64,000 bases of DNA from Lama glama. Taxonomy: Eukaryota. The DNA lies in NCBI GenBank assembly GCA_028534125.1, contig CM052816.1, forward strand, positions 31,932,001-31,996,000, given 5' to 3'. The position numbers and the translations under genes were made by a program. The notes beneath the pieces were generated by a model. It worked only from the letters and a program-made list of their open reading frames with translations, ran no database searches and was not told where the DNA came from. Shown in pieces: positions 43,301 through 52,169 of the stretch. Positions within the stretch are counted from its first letter, which is position 1. Each line of letters opens with the position of its first letter.

Positions 43301-46300
43301 CTAAACACAATTACTTTCATGTCATATCACTATTTGTGGTAAATTCTTTTCTTTTTGCAACTTAATGGATTATAAGCAATTTAGAGATGAGACTTACCTA
43401 ATATTTCTATTTTAACTCCTCACAGTTCTTAGAACATTACTATGACTTACTATGAGCATCAAATATTAATTAGCTAAACATTAACTGTTCAGTTGTTGGC
43501 TCTGCCATTTCTAGCTGTGTGATCTTGGGAAAATTATTTAATCTAAGCTCAAATCACCTCATCTGTTAGAGACCAAATATTAAAAATAGAACCTACTAGA
43601 CAAGACTGTTGTGAGAATTAAATAATAATCTACTTAAAGCACCCTGCATAATTTCTGTTGCACAAAAGCACTTAGTAAGTGTTAGCTGCTGTTATTACTA
43701 TTACTGTACACTGTAGGGCTTTATTTTAATGAATATCCAAAAACTCATTAACAGGGTTCATCACTTTTAACCCATTTTTCCTATTTTAGCTGGGCAAAGA
43801 GAGGGGTAGTACAGTCTGCAACATTCTAGGGCAGGAGGGAAGGGAGTCAGTAACTCAAACCTGAAAGGGGGGACTTGTAGGATAGAGCCTCCTGGTCAGG
43901 GTGAGTAGAACGCTTGGATACCTATTAAGCAGCAACTTAGCAATCACAGGATAAAAAATTTCTATTTGGAAAACCTGCTTTCATATACTTTATATTTTCT
44001 CTTCCCAAAATTTTTAACAAAGTTCACTTTATAAAATTCATTTTGTCTAACTTGGACAAAAAGAATAGGAAAGAATTTTGTTTTATTTGTGAATAAAGCA
44101 AAGACAGAAAAATGTGCTTAGAACCAAACACAAGGACATCAGTTGAGAAAAAAATGAAACAAATTATAAGGAGATGAAATTTTTCACTAGAATTTCAAAG
44201 AAATTTGACTAGAATTTCAAAGAAAACTTTAAGATACACTAAAGAAAACAAAATGGGGGTGCTACTTCAACAAGAGTATTTTCACCAAAAGATGAGTAAT
44301 TATAAAAAGTAATCAATTCCAAAGTAAATTCAACTCTCTTAAGAGGAGATAAAAAACAAAATCCAGCACACATGGCCTGATTTTGAAAGAAAGGAGATTA
44401 AAAAAAAAGTGATCAGAAAAAAATGTAAATTACCACACAGTAAATCTGGAATCTAATTTTTTTTTTAATGGAGGTACTGAGATTGAACCCAGGACGTCAT
44501 GCATGCTAAACACAAACTAAGCTATATCCTCCATACTATAATCTACTTTTAAAAACCTTGTAAGAAACTAAAAATAAACTACAGGATCACAGAATCTTAA
44601 CTAACACAAAGAGAATAACTCCTTTACATCTTACATTTAATAAAACAGGCCTTTAAAATTACGGGACATGACCAAAGCTAAATAACGAGACAGTGAGAGA
44701 TTAAGAGTAGAATCTAGGTCTCCTGCCCTTTCCTCCACACCAGGTAGTCACTCAAACTGGTAATAAGGAACCATAATACCAGGCACAAAAGGAAAAAAAA
44801 AAAAAAGAAAAGAAAAAAGAAAGACTGACTTGTTAAATTAACAAAGTTAATCCTAGGAGGTTAAAAAAAAAAACTTTACTTAAGGGTAAACAGAAAAACC
44901 CATGAAATAAAAGTCAGGTACAAATTCTCATATAAATGAAAATAAAGGATTTAATAAATATATTCAAAGTGACTTAGTTCATTATATAGGTAAAAGGAAG
45001 GAAAGGCATTTGAAAGTGATAAGGACACTAGATAAACACAGCTTCAGGTTTGCTTAGAGATAAAAAGGGGAGGGAAAGAGCTTGGATATTTACCAAGAAG
45101 AGGGTTTATGGACAATTAGATATAGACAATAGGGTTGAGAGAAGTAGGCGGTTGCCTTGCTTCCCTTAGCATCTCTTTCCTTTTTTGTCTCTCTTTCTCC
45201 CCGTCTCTTCAGTATTTCCTCACTCCTCTTTTTTGTCCTGATAACTTCTTTCTTGCTCTCTCCTTTCCCGGAACTTTTTTTCTTTCTGGACCATTCCTTA
45301 AAGGATCATGCTACTTAACAAAAGTAGAGGTAGTCAAGTCTAATGGACTGCTTTTCTAAGAGTAATTTCTAATGGTCCTTTCTAAATTAGCTGTTCAGAA
45401 TTCAAAATCTATTTAACCATAGAAATGATGTAGCTACAGAACTGTGCATTTATTAACAGGTGTTTTCTAACGCAGGCCCACAATTTCTTATCTATTCTTA
45501 AACCCCAATGGCTCTGAGAAGTGAAAGATTTTTGTAAGTCTGCAGCAACTTCATTTGGCAGCAAAACCTGGTTAAATTGACATGAACTATTTATAGTCTT
45601 TATTTATCTTAGTGTGAATAGTCATACATTTTCCAGCAGAAATATTAATGTGATTAAAAATGCCTACCTCTTATTAGGGGTATTACATAACACATTACAA
45701 ATATACCTTGATGACTTTCTAAAACCTGAAAAATCTGCATCTCAAAACATATTTGGCCCAAGTGTTTTTGGATAAAGGACTGTGGCTGTGCACCCTATTT
45801 TTATTTTCAAGGGCAATGTTTTACCTACTCAGAGGTCTACAGTATAGGTGGAACCTAACCAGGATTCCAACACTGGCCTTAGTGATGTTCAAAATGCACA
45901 TGCTCCTAAATTAAACTCCTGTCTCAGTCAGTAATTATCATTACTGTGGTGGACATCATATGCAAGAAATTCCTACCTCAGCTACTTTCTTCTTAGGACC
46001 TTTTTACTATTTATTTATTAATATATTTAAATATTAATATATTCACTTAATTATGGCTTTGTTTTGCTTTTCTTAACCTAAAAGCTGGAAGCTGAAACTT
46101 TATCTTTTTCCCCCACCTACCTCAGTGGTTCTCAATCGGGAGCAATTTTGCTCCAGGGGAACGTTTTGGAAACATTTAAAGGCATTTTTGGTTGTCACAA
46201 CTAGGGGAGGAAGTATTACTGGCATATAGTGAGTAAAGGCTAGGTATGGTTTACTAAACATCCTACAATGCACAAAACAGCCCTCCAGTCCAAAATGTTA

Positions 46301-49082
46301 ATAACACCAATATTGAGAAGCCCTACTCTATTATCAATCCCACCATTCTTATTCCCAAAATGAAACAGTGCCACAGAATTTTAGAGTTCAATTTGGACGG
46401 CTCATAGGGTTTTCCCCCACTATGGATCAGTGACCTTCAAAAATCATGTATGTTTCCTCTTGTTTCATTTTATTTAATCATTTCTAATCATCAGATTCTT
46501 GACTTAGCATGAAAGAAAACAAGCACGTGTTCTAAAGCTTACCATTACAGTACTGCAGCATTAAAAGAGGTAAGTACTGTAAAGAATTGTACTTATTATC
46601 TTTAGTCCATCCATTCCTCAAAAAATAAGTTTAACTCTATAAAAAGAAGAAAATATCTTTCTCAATGCAATCAGCTTCAACTCTTAAACCATTTTTTTCA
46701 CACCTTAACATTTCCCTTCAAATAAAAAAACAAAAACAAAAAACATTTCCCTTCTTTTTCTATCCTCTACCAACCAGAGAAAACAAATAAACGGGATAGG
46801 AGAAAAAGCAAAGAGCTGGGTTAGACACACGCACGAATCAGATCATCTACATACAATACAAGTAAGGATGTGAATCTAAAACAGTAAAACTATTTAGTCA
46901 AAAATATTTCTCTAATACAGACTTGTGGTTACNNNNNNNNNNNNNNNNNNNNNNNNNNNNNNNNNNNNNNNNNNNNNNNNNNNNNNNNNNNNNNNNNNNN
47001 NNNNNNNNNNNNNNNNNNNNNNNNNNNNNNNNGGGGTAGAGGGTGGGAAGGGATAGACTGGGATTTCAAAATTGTAGAATAGATAAACAAGATTACACTG
47101 TATAGCACAGGGAAATATACACAAAATGTTATGATAAATCACAGAGAAAAAAATGTGACAATGAGTGTGTATATGTCCATGAATGACTGAAAAATTGTGC
47201 TGAACACTGGAATTTGACACAACACTAAAATGATTATGAATCAATAAAAAATGTAAAAAAAAAACAAAAACAAAACAAAAAAAATTTCTCTTTTTTAGCA
47301 AATAATTTTTTTAATTAAGAAAAGTTATCAGCGTACCCTTTGCTTTTAGAAACCAAACCAAGAGACTGACTCAATCGATGAATAAAGGCTCTTTCTGTAC
47401 TGGTCAAAGAAGAAGGAAATTCCATCTCTGCATGGGAAAAAAAAACACAAAGTATCATTTGTGGACAGTCAATTTTCTTTCAAACTGCTTCAATACACAT
47501 ATAGAGATATGAAATACAAAAAAGTCATACTCATGTAACCAAATTTACATATTTTATGTGAAAAGTAGATACAGATATACCTCAGAGACATTGCAGGTTT
47601 GGTCCCAGACCACTGCAATAAAGTGAATGAATACCATAATTAAGCAAGTCACACAAATTTTCTTGGTTTCCCAGTGTATATAAAATTATGCTTACACTAT
47701 ACTTCAGTCTATTTTAATTGTGTAACTGCATTATGTCTTAAAAAATATACATACATAAATTGAAAAAAGACTTTGATTAAAAAATGCTAACCATCATCTG
47801 AAGTTATGACAACTTTAGTGTGTAAAAAACACAGTACCTGCAAAGTGCAATAAAATAAGGTATTCCTAATTAATCACTGAATATCTACCAAAGTTTTGAT
47901 ATTAGTAACACTGAAACCTAAACGTGCTAAAGGACTCTGATATTCACCAAGGATTACTACTATTATTTTTGCTGGAATCATGAGCTGGTATAACGACTGA
48001 TTAACCTATTTTACTATCTTACTTCTTAGTTGCTTAACAAAATGTTTATTTCCTTCAATGATGAGGTATGCTCACGTACTATGAATGCTCAGCATCAGAT
48101 TACTTTGTCTTCAAAACTGCATAGAGTTCATATATCACTATCAGACTGGATACGGTATTTTCTATTTCTGGGGCTTCAACTTTGTTTAATGCAAGTTCAG
48201 AATACTCCGCCCAGGTCACTTTGTTTTGGACTCGTAAGTTTCCAGAGTACGGGGTCTTCTACTTAGACCAGCAAATCGGAATCAGCACTCAATACTGATC
48301 ACAGGTCAGCTACTGGTTCTGCACTGTGTGACTCAAGACAAGGAGCTTTCTACACTTAAGAGATGTGGAAGATGTTTCATCTATCAGAACAAGTTTAATT
48401 CTTTTCTTAAGTGTTTAGCAAGTGTTTAGCGTAATGCTTTTGGGATTTAAACAAAATACTAGATATTGCCACCGCATTTATTTGTCTGATTTCCTTAGGC
48501 TCCTCTACTTCCGTAACTTAAATGTGTCTCGATTAAGGGCACCACGACCTCCTACTTTAAAAAAAAAAAAGTGGAGGGGGGGATGCTTAACCGTATCTAA
48601 AAACTGTGGCAAAGCTGCCGAAAGGCCTCTCCCTGGGGAAAGAAACACTTCCAGCGACGGTGCATCCTGACTCTTTCACCTTTGGACGCCAGGCAATTGC
48701 CTCGCAACCCAGCTGGTCCGCCGGACGCCGGGCGGCTCTTCACATTCCCCGGGAGGGCTAACAAGTCTGGTCCGGCCCCCGCTCACATAGCGCGGCCCGG
48801 GTCTTCCCTCCCTCCCTCCTCTGAGGAAGCCCCTTCCCACGCAGGGTCGGGCTTCAGGGAGGCGGGGCAACCGGCGGGGTCCCTGTCTGGAACCTCACCT
48901 CTCTGGTCCCCATAGCGGAAGCGCTCCAGGGCGATATTGACCGCGATCTTCACCTCCTCGTCTATACGAATGTCCTTCAGCCCCTTGGCCCGGCCGCCGC
49001 CCCCAGGACCACACGGCGCGGGGCCGCCCCCGCCCCCGCCGGGAGCCGGCGGCCGCGGGGAGACGCTGCTCGGCCTGGACAT
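1213..49082 (-). CDS. YTHDC2: YTHDC2 3'-5' RNA helicase, coding exons 1-24 (partial; gene continues past position 1)
   Basis: 24 GT-AG exons splice in phase into 1117 codons from [10 protein letters not shown] to [14 protein letters not shown]; includes [23 protein letters not shown] and an ankyrin insert; matches the recalled human YTHDC2 protein closely. Confidence 0.98.
1495..1655 (-). mobile_element. L1 3' UTR fragment
   Basis: T-tract followed by atagttgatttacaatgttg...tgttgtttatctatt, the reverse complement of an L1 3' end. Confidence 0.75.
2156..2351 (-). CDS. YTHDC2: YTHDC2 exon 23 (OB-fold region)
   Basis: [41 protein letters not shown]...QEPSSFR; 196 nt. Confidence 0.96.
2734..2939 (-). 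CDS. YTHDC2: YTHDC2 exon 22 (OB-fold region)
   Basis: [35 protein letters not shown]...[13 protein letters not shown]; 206 nt. Confidence 0.96.
3992..4118 (-). CDS. YTHDC2: YTHDC2 exon 21
   Basis: [42 protein letters not shown]; 127 nt. Confidence 0.96.
4250..4745 (+). mobile_element. L1MA/MB-type 3' end containing an antisense L1 3' end insert (about 4467-4583)
   Basis: gtgactatagttaataacactgtattgtata...cctgaaactaatat; insert flanked by agagagta direct repeats. Confidence 0.8.
6099..6371 (-). CDS. YTHDC2: YTHDC2 exon 20 (HA2 domain)
   Basis: [30 protein letters not shown]...[11 protein letters not shown]; 273 nt. Confidence 0.96.
6691..6810 (-). CDS. YTHDC2: YTHDC2 exon 19
   Basis: [40 protein letters not shown]; 120 nt. 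Confidence 0.96.
8300..8405 (-). CDS. YTHDC2: YTHDC2 exon 18
   Basis: [36 protein letters not shown]; donor CAG|GTGGAA; 106 nt. Confidence 0.96.
9524..12056 (-). mobile_element. Tigger1 DNA transposon, near full length, decayed transposase
   Basis: TA + caggcatacctc terminal repeat; ORF 10884-11114 [28 protein letters not shown] resembles Tigger/pogo DDE transposase; about 2.3 kb without the nested insert. Confidence 0.9.
13981..14063 (-). CDS. YTHDC2: YTHDC2 exon 17 (first half of motif VI)
   Basis: [27 protein letters not shown]; 83 nt. Confidence 0.96.
15079..15270 (+). mobile_element. MER58A-like hAT MITE
   Basis: cagtggttggca...gtaaatatttt...gcaactactc...gtgttccagtaagatttat...gaatcctg. 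Confidence 0.6.
15720..15800 (-). CDS. YTHDC2: YTHDC2 exon 16 (motif V)
   Basis: [27 protein letters not shown]; 81 nt. Confidence 0.96.
15887..15974 (-). CDS. YTHDC2: YTHDC2 exon 15
   Basis: [30 protein letters not shown]; 88 nt. Confidence 0.96.
16055..16151 (-). CDS. YTHDC2: YTHDC2 exon 14 (motif IV)
   Basis: [32 protein letters not shown]; 97 nt. Confidence 0.96.
16402..16580 (-). CDS. YTHDC2: YTHDC2 exon 13
   Basis: [16 protein letters not shown]...[11 protein letters not shown]; 179 nt. Confidence 0.96.
16785..17602 (+). mobile_element. Old L1 (L1MB-like) ORF2 end and 3' UTR
   Basis: gacatttctccaaagaa...gatgaatggata...tgatgaaaatgttct...aattttatctcagtaaa. Confidence 0.85.
17651..17699 (-). 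mobile_element. Ultra-short young L1 3' terminus with TSD
   Basis: Reverse complement cacaacgttgtaaaatgactataactcaataaaaaaa; TSD gatgtttct at 17642-17650 and 17700-17708. Confidence 0.8.
21093..21123. repeat. A-run plus (AG)n microsatellite
   Basis: aaaaaaaaaaagagagagagagagagagaga. Confidence 0.9.
21233..21298 (-). CDS. YTHDC2: YTHDC2 exon 12 (ankyrin repeat)
   Basis: [22 protein letters not shown]; 66 nt. Confidence 0.96.
21509..21635 (-). CDS. YTHDC2: YTHDC2 exon 11 (ankyrin repeat)
   Basis: [42 protein letters not shown]; 127 nt. Confidence 0.96.
22703..23255 (+). mobile_element. MaLR solo LTR (MLT1F-like)
   Basis: cccttcaagagatggagcctaag...ccttcagatgactg...ctcagaaactgt...gctaagtttggg...gcagtaatagatgactagtata. 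Confidence 0.8.
23740..24747 (-). mobile_element. L2 fragment, interrupted by young L1
   Basis: Purine-rich L2-like text (agatttgctaatggatt...ggagtgatcaa) that resumes after the L1 (aatgctgagaag). Confidence 0.65.
24761..26571 (+). mobile_element. Young 5'-truncated L1 (camelid-type), ORF2 C-terminus and 3' UTR
   Basis: ORF 24794-25333 [25 protein letters not shown] and ORF 25717-26061 [24 protein letters not shown] and A-tail; TSD aatca(c/t)aataata at 24748-24760 and 26572-26584. Confidence 0.95.
25617..25716. other. Assembly gap (100 N)
   Basis: N run inside L1 ORF2. Confidence 0.99.
27258..27393 (-). CDS. YTHDC2: YTHDC2 exon 10
   Basis: [45 protein letters not shown]; donor GTGAGT; 136 nt. 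Confidence 0.96.
27728..27905. mobile_element. MER5A-like hAT MITE
   Basis: cagtggt...atcagaatctctg...aatgtgtagccaggcttaagaatcactg; inverted cagtg/cactg ends. Confidence 0.65.
28799..28947 (-). CDS. YTHDC2: YTHDC2 exon 9
   Basis: [17 protein letters not shown]...[10 protein letters not shown]; donor GTAAGA; 149 nt. Confidence 0.95.
30023..30130 (-). CDS. YTHDC2: YTHDC2 exon 8
   Basis: [36 protein letters not shown]; 108 nt. Confidence 0.96.
30230..31760 (-). mobile_element. L2 fragments
   Basis: ctaggcactagg...gaagcttgcaatctag...agaccagttaagagctattacaatagt; diverged and purine-rich. Confidence 0.6.
32873..33029 (-). CDS. YTHDC2: YTHDC2 exon 7 (DEVH box, motif III)
   Basis: [14 protein letters not shown]...[24 protein letters not shown]; 157 nt. 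Confidence 0.96.
33856..33958 (-). CDS. YTHDC2: YTHDC2 exon 6 (motif Ib)
   Basis: [34 protein letters not shown]; donor GTAAGA; 103 nt. Confidence 0.96.
34688..34854 (-). CDS. YTHDC2: YTHDC2 exon 5 (motif Ia)
   Basis: [55 protein letters not shown]; 167 nt. Confidence 0.96.
36251..36847 (+). mobile_element. 5'-truncated L1 3' end with internal (TG)n and 16-bp TSD
   Basis: gcagcactatttacaatagccaag...aatcaactacacttcaa; TSD aaaagta(a/g)tatcttaa at 36235-36250 and 36848-36863. Confidence 0.9.
38256..38455 (-). CDS. YTHDC2: YTHDC2 exon 4 (Walker A)
   Basis: [11 protein letters not shown]...[11 protein letters not shown]; donor CAG|GTTTGT; 200 nt. Confidence 0.96.
39340..39556. mobile_element. 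MIR
   Basis: ttacttgacttctctaagccccagtttcttcacctgtgaaat...cacagtaagtgctcaataaatggttagctatta. Confidence 0.75.
39765..39961 (-). CDS. YTHDC2: YTHDC2 exon 3
   Basis: [22 protein letters not shown]...GNVFAVEA; donor GTATGT; 197 nt. Confidence 0.96.
41196..41541 (-). mobile_element. 5'-inverted L1 3' UTR insertion
   Basis: Antisense L1 terminus 41196-41347 joined to a sense L1 segment 41348-41541. Confidence 0.8.
43490..43700. mobile_element. MIR
   Basis: ggctctgccatttctagctgtgtgatcttgggaaaattatttaatct...gttgtgagaattaaat. Confidence 0.75.
44182..44225. repeat. 22-bp tandem duplication
   Basis: tttcactagaatttcaaagaaa followed by tttgactagaatttcaaagaaa. Confidence 0.85.
44457..44533 (-). mobile_element. 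tRNA-Ala-derived SINE, degenerate short form
   Basis: T-tail + tggaggtactgagattgaacccaggacgtcatgcatgcta; flanking aatcta.ttt repeats. Confidence 0.8.
45473..45790. mobile_element. DNA-transposon MITE (probably TcMar-Tigger class; family unassigned)
   Basis: Imperfect terminal inverted repeats caggcccacaatttcttatc / ggataaaggactgtggctgtg. Confidence 0.55.
46123..46325 (+). mobile_element. MER20 hAT MITE
   Basis: cagtggttctcaa...tttttggttgtcacaact...aaacatcctacaatgcaca...ttgagaagccct. Confidence 0.85.
46914..47278 (+). mobile_element. Young L1 3' UTR fragment (same family as 24761-26571); contains a 100-N gap at 46933-47032
   Basis: High identity to about 26319-26570; A-rich tail; TSD aaaa(t/a)atttctct at 46901-46913 and 47279-47291. 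Confidence 0.9.
47337..47427 (-). CDS. YTHDC2: YTHDC2 exon 2 (R3H motif)
   Basis: [40 protein letters not shown]; 91 nt. Confidence 0.96.
47572..47868 (-). mobile_element. Internally deleted Tigger1 derivative (MITE)
   Basis: First ~230 bp align with the left end of the 9524 element and the last ~50 bp with its right end; both terminal repeats present. Confidence 0.85.
48899..49082 (-). CDS. YTHDC2: YTHDC2 coding exon 1 (Gly-rich N-terminus, start of R3H region)
   Basis: GCC ATG start; [20 protein letters not shown]...RFRYGDQR; donor G|GTGAGG; 184 nt. Confidence 0.96.
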
Positions 49083-49299
49083 GGCCCTGAGGAGATGTTC
49101 TCCTCGCTGTAAAGCGGCCAGGCCTGCTGGCGGTCGGCCAATGACAAGAAGAATGGGCCTCGAGGGTCCCTGCCGGGCCGGACGGCTCCACAGGCGGCCC
49201 GCGCTGGGCCGGGCTCTCCAGAAAGCCCCCAGTCACCACAGCAGCCGAGGAGGCGCCGGCGCCACTACAGCCGCAGCCGGGCCGAGAGCGCGGGCGTGA

Positions 49300-49307
49300 T
49301 GACGTCA
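49300..49307. promoter_or_regulatory. Palindromic cAMP-response element (CREB/ATF/CREM)
   Basis: TGACGTCA about 220 bp upstream of the ATG; related TGACCTCA at 49326-49333. Confidence 0.7.
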
Positions 49308-49583
49308 CCGGGGCGGCGGCGCCCGTGACCTCAGCGTGCAGGACGCCTCTGGGGCACTGTACCCGTATCACAAGTTCCCCACTGAGCTGTTCTCCCCGTT
49401 GTCTCCCATCGACCCCCGCGACAAGAGGCGCTCGTTCACCCACTTATTCAGTCGCTCACTCTTTGGTTAAACCCTTCCTTAACTGTGTAGGTTCCTACTA
49501 TGTGCCATGTGAGCGCTATGCTATGCCCTGGGGAACCAACAGAAATTGTCCCTGCCCTCATGGAGTTACTATTCTAGTGGCAG

Positions 49584-49763
49584 TAGAGTTGCCAGATTTA
49601 GCGAATAAAAATACAGGATGCCCAGTTTATATGAATTTAGGTAAGGAACACAATTCTAGTATACGTGTTTTCCACGCACTATTTGGGAGCACATACAGTA
49701 AAGAATTATTCGTTACCTGAAAAGCAAACTTAATTGAGCGGGTGTATTTTACCTGGTAAAATA
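49584..49763. mobile_element. MER53 palindromic MITE inside an L2 3' fragment
   Basis: gttgccagatttagcgaataaaaatacaggatgcccagtt...tgtattttacctggtaa. Confidence 0.8.
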
Positions 49764-50011
49764 GATAGCACTCCTAGATGGGAGTGACAGGCGAAAAACA
49801 AGAAAATGATTAAATGGTAGTTGTATGCCACATGAGATGATGAAAGAGGAAGATGGAACCCTTTAGTTTGGGAAGTTAAGAAAGATTATGAGAACATCCA
49901 CTTGCTTGAATACAATTCCACTAACATAAACCTAAATCCAGCCACTGTAATTGCTTCCACTCTGGTCTTCCTTTCCAGAGAGCAACCAAAGTGATCTTTT
50001 AAAAAATAGAT

Positions 50012-50320
50012 TTAGCCTTTAGTTCTCTCGGGTTCCTCAACTGGGGATTCAACTAACTACCACATGGAATTTTTTTTTTTAATCCCAGGAAGTTCCAAAA
50101 AAGCAAAATCTGAATTTTCTGTGGGCTGCAACTACTTACATAGCATTTACGTTGTGTTGGATTTTATAAGCAATCAAGAGCTGATTTAAAGTATAACAGG
50201 GATGTGCGTAGGTTATATGCAAATACTACACCATTTTATATGAGGGACTTAATCATCTTCGTATTTGTGTATCCTCAGGAGTCCTATAACCAATTCCCTG
50301 CAGATATGGAGAGACAACTG
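50012..50320 (-). mobile_element. MER2/MER2B-type Tigger-family MITE
   Basis: aggttatatgcaaatactacaccattttatatgagggactt...gacaactg+TA. Confidence 0.8.
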
Positions 50321-51346
50321 TATAATTCAAGTAGGATAACATCCCTATAAAAGCACTCTCCCATTGCAACTATAAAACACCCTCAATTCCTTACCAAGAC
50401 CTTAAAGACCCTGCCTAATCTGGCCTGTCTACCTCCATAAGTCTCACCCCCTGCCATTCTCACCCTCACAGTGTTCAAACGCACTAATTTCTTTGTCCCT
50501 TGAACATTCCAAGCTCATTACCATCAGGGGAACTTTCCACTTTTCCACTTTTCTCAGTTTCCTACTGCACATGACAGTTTTCCTCCCAGTACTTCATATA
50601 GATGCCTCTTTCTCACCATTTAAGCCAGAATTCCATCCCTTACCTAGATAGGCTTTCCTACCTCAACCTATTATCATTTACCCCTGTTTGAAATTATTTT
50701 ACTTATTTATTTATTTGCTCTTCCCTCTATAACATAAGCTCTCTAAGAGCAGGAACATTGTTTTTCTTGTCACTGTTTCACCAGCAGCTAGAACTGCATG
50801 GACATACAATAAACATTTGTTGGTCGGCCACATTGTAGAATCTGGAATTAAGATTTGTCATCTCTACCCTCTGAAAACTTTCTTCATAATCCTTGGAATC
50901 CTAATCAATTTGATTGGCTACTAGAAAGAGTTCTGGATAAGCAGCTTGGTCTTGGCATGGTTACCAGGTGTGAACTGTGTGAACATTTTCTACTCTGTTG
51001 ATCTCTGTGTATCCTAAGTTCCTCTGAATAACAATGCCTGCCATTTATTAAGTTCCCAGGGGCACTCTATATATTTATTTCACACAAAACCCTGTGTGTA
51101 CCTCATGATACAAATGAGGAAATAGGCTGGATGAGGTCAAAAACCAGTCCAAGGCCATGCTATTGATAATTAATGAGGTGACAGAGGCAAAGCCCAGCTA
51201 ATTATAAGGCCTAGCTTCATTCCAGGACAAAACATAAATAGAAGATAATATCTGAATGCACCAAAATATATCGTGATAAAACTTAAAACATTTTACGTGG
51301 AGTCAGACACATATTACTTTCCATCTCAGTGCCTAACTTCCTTTGT

Positions 51347-51454
51347 TTTGTTTTTATTTGTTTTTTTGTTTCTTAAATGGAGGTACTGAGGATTGAACCC
51401 AAGACCTCATGCATGCTAAGCACACACTCTACCACTGAGCTATACCTCACCCCC
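51347..51454 (-). mobile_element. tRNA-Ala(AGC)-derived SINE
   Basis: Reverse complement gtatagctcagtggtagagtgtgtgcttagcatgcatgaggtcttgggttcaatcctcagtacctcca + A-rich tail; TSD taacttc(c)tttgt. Confidence 0.88.
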
Positions 51455-52169
51455 ATTCCATAACTTCTTTGTCCCACCATTTATTGGCTCCATCATTTAT
51501 TAGCTTTGTGACTTAACTATTTACTTTGCCTTCTGAGCTTCAGGTTTCCCTTCTGCTAAATGGGTATATTTAATACTCATTTTATAGGATTGTAGTGAAT
51601 ATGACATAAGCATCAAGCATTGATTTAATATGTGCTTCTTTCCTTTCCTTGCGAATAAATGCCTAAATGTTTGCATTCCTAGTATCTAGCAAGGATATGG
51701 AACATGTTCACTAATATAAAAGAGAATACTTGCCTAAAGCTATATAGCAGGAAATTATAAGATTAGTCAGATTCTTATCTGATTATTATTTTATAATATA
51801 TTATTGCATACCCCTAGAAATTTCTGATGCTTAGGGTGAAACCTAGCAATTTTACTTTTTACATGTGCTTCAGAGAAAAATGAAAAATGGGACAATATGG
51901 AATATTTACAAATTATTTCAAGTTGTCCTTAGCATCAGACAGACCTAAAGTTTTAATCTTTGTTTTTACCACTTTATAGTTATGGCCTTGTGCAAGGATT
52001 TAACCTCCCTATGCTTTAATTTCCCTGTCAGTAAAATGTATGTGATAAAAACACTGATATCACAGCATTATTATAGAAATTAAGTTAAATTATATTACCT
52101 TTATGCAGATGAAGTGCTTAATACAATTCCTGGCTCATCTTTAGCATTCAGTACTAATTAGATGCTATA

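Larger units (their letters stand above)
48640..49440. promoter_or_regulatory. CpG island / YTHDC2 promoter and 5' UTR
   Basis: Sharp GC- and CpG-rich block in an otherwise AT-rich window, spanning exon 1; GC box GGGGCGG at 49310-49316. Confidence 0.92.

Noticed and set aside
48409..48430. Short tandem duplications (aagtgtttagc x2; also ttctatgaaagat x2 at 6953-6980)
   Set aside because: Ordinary slippage duplications with no array structure
48676..49720. Several overlapping ORFs of 64-182 aa on both strands around exon 1
   Set aside because: Stop-poor shadow ORFs expected in a CpG island; only 48899-49082 continues into the spliced YTHDC2 frame
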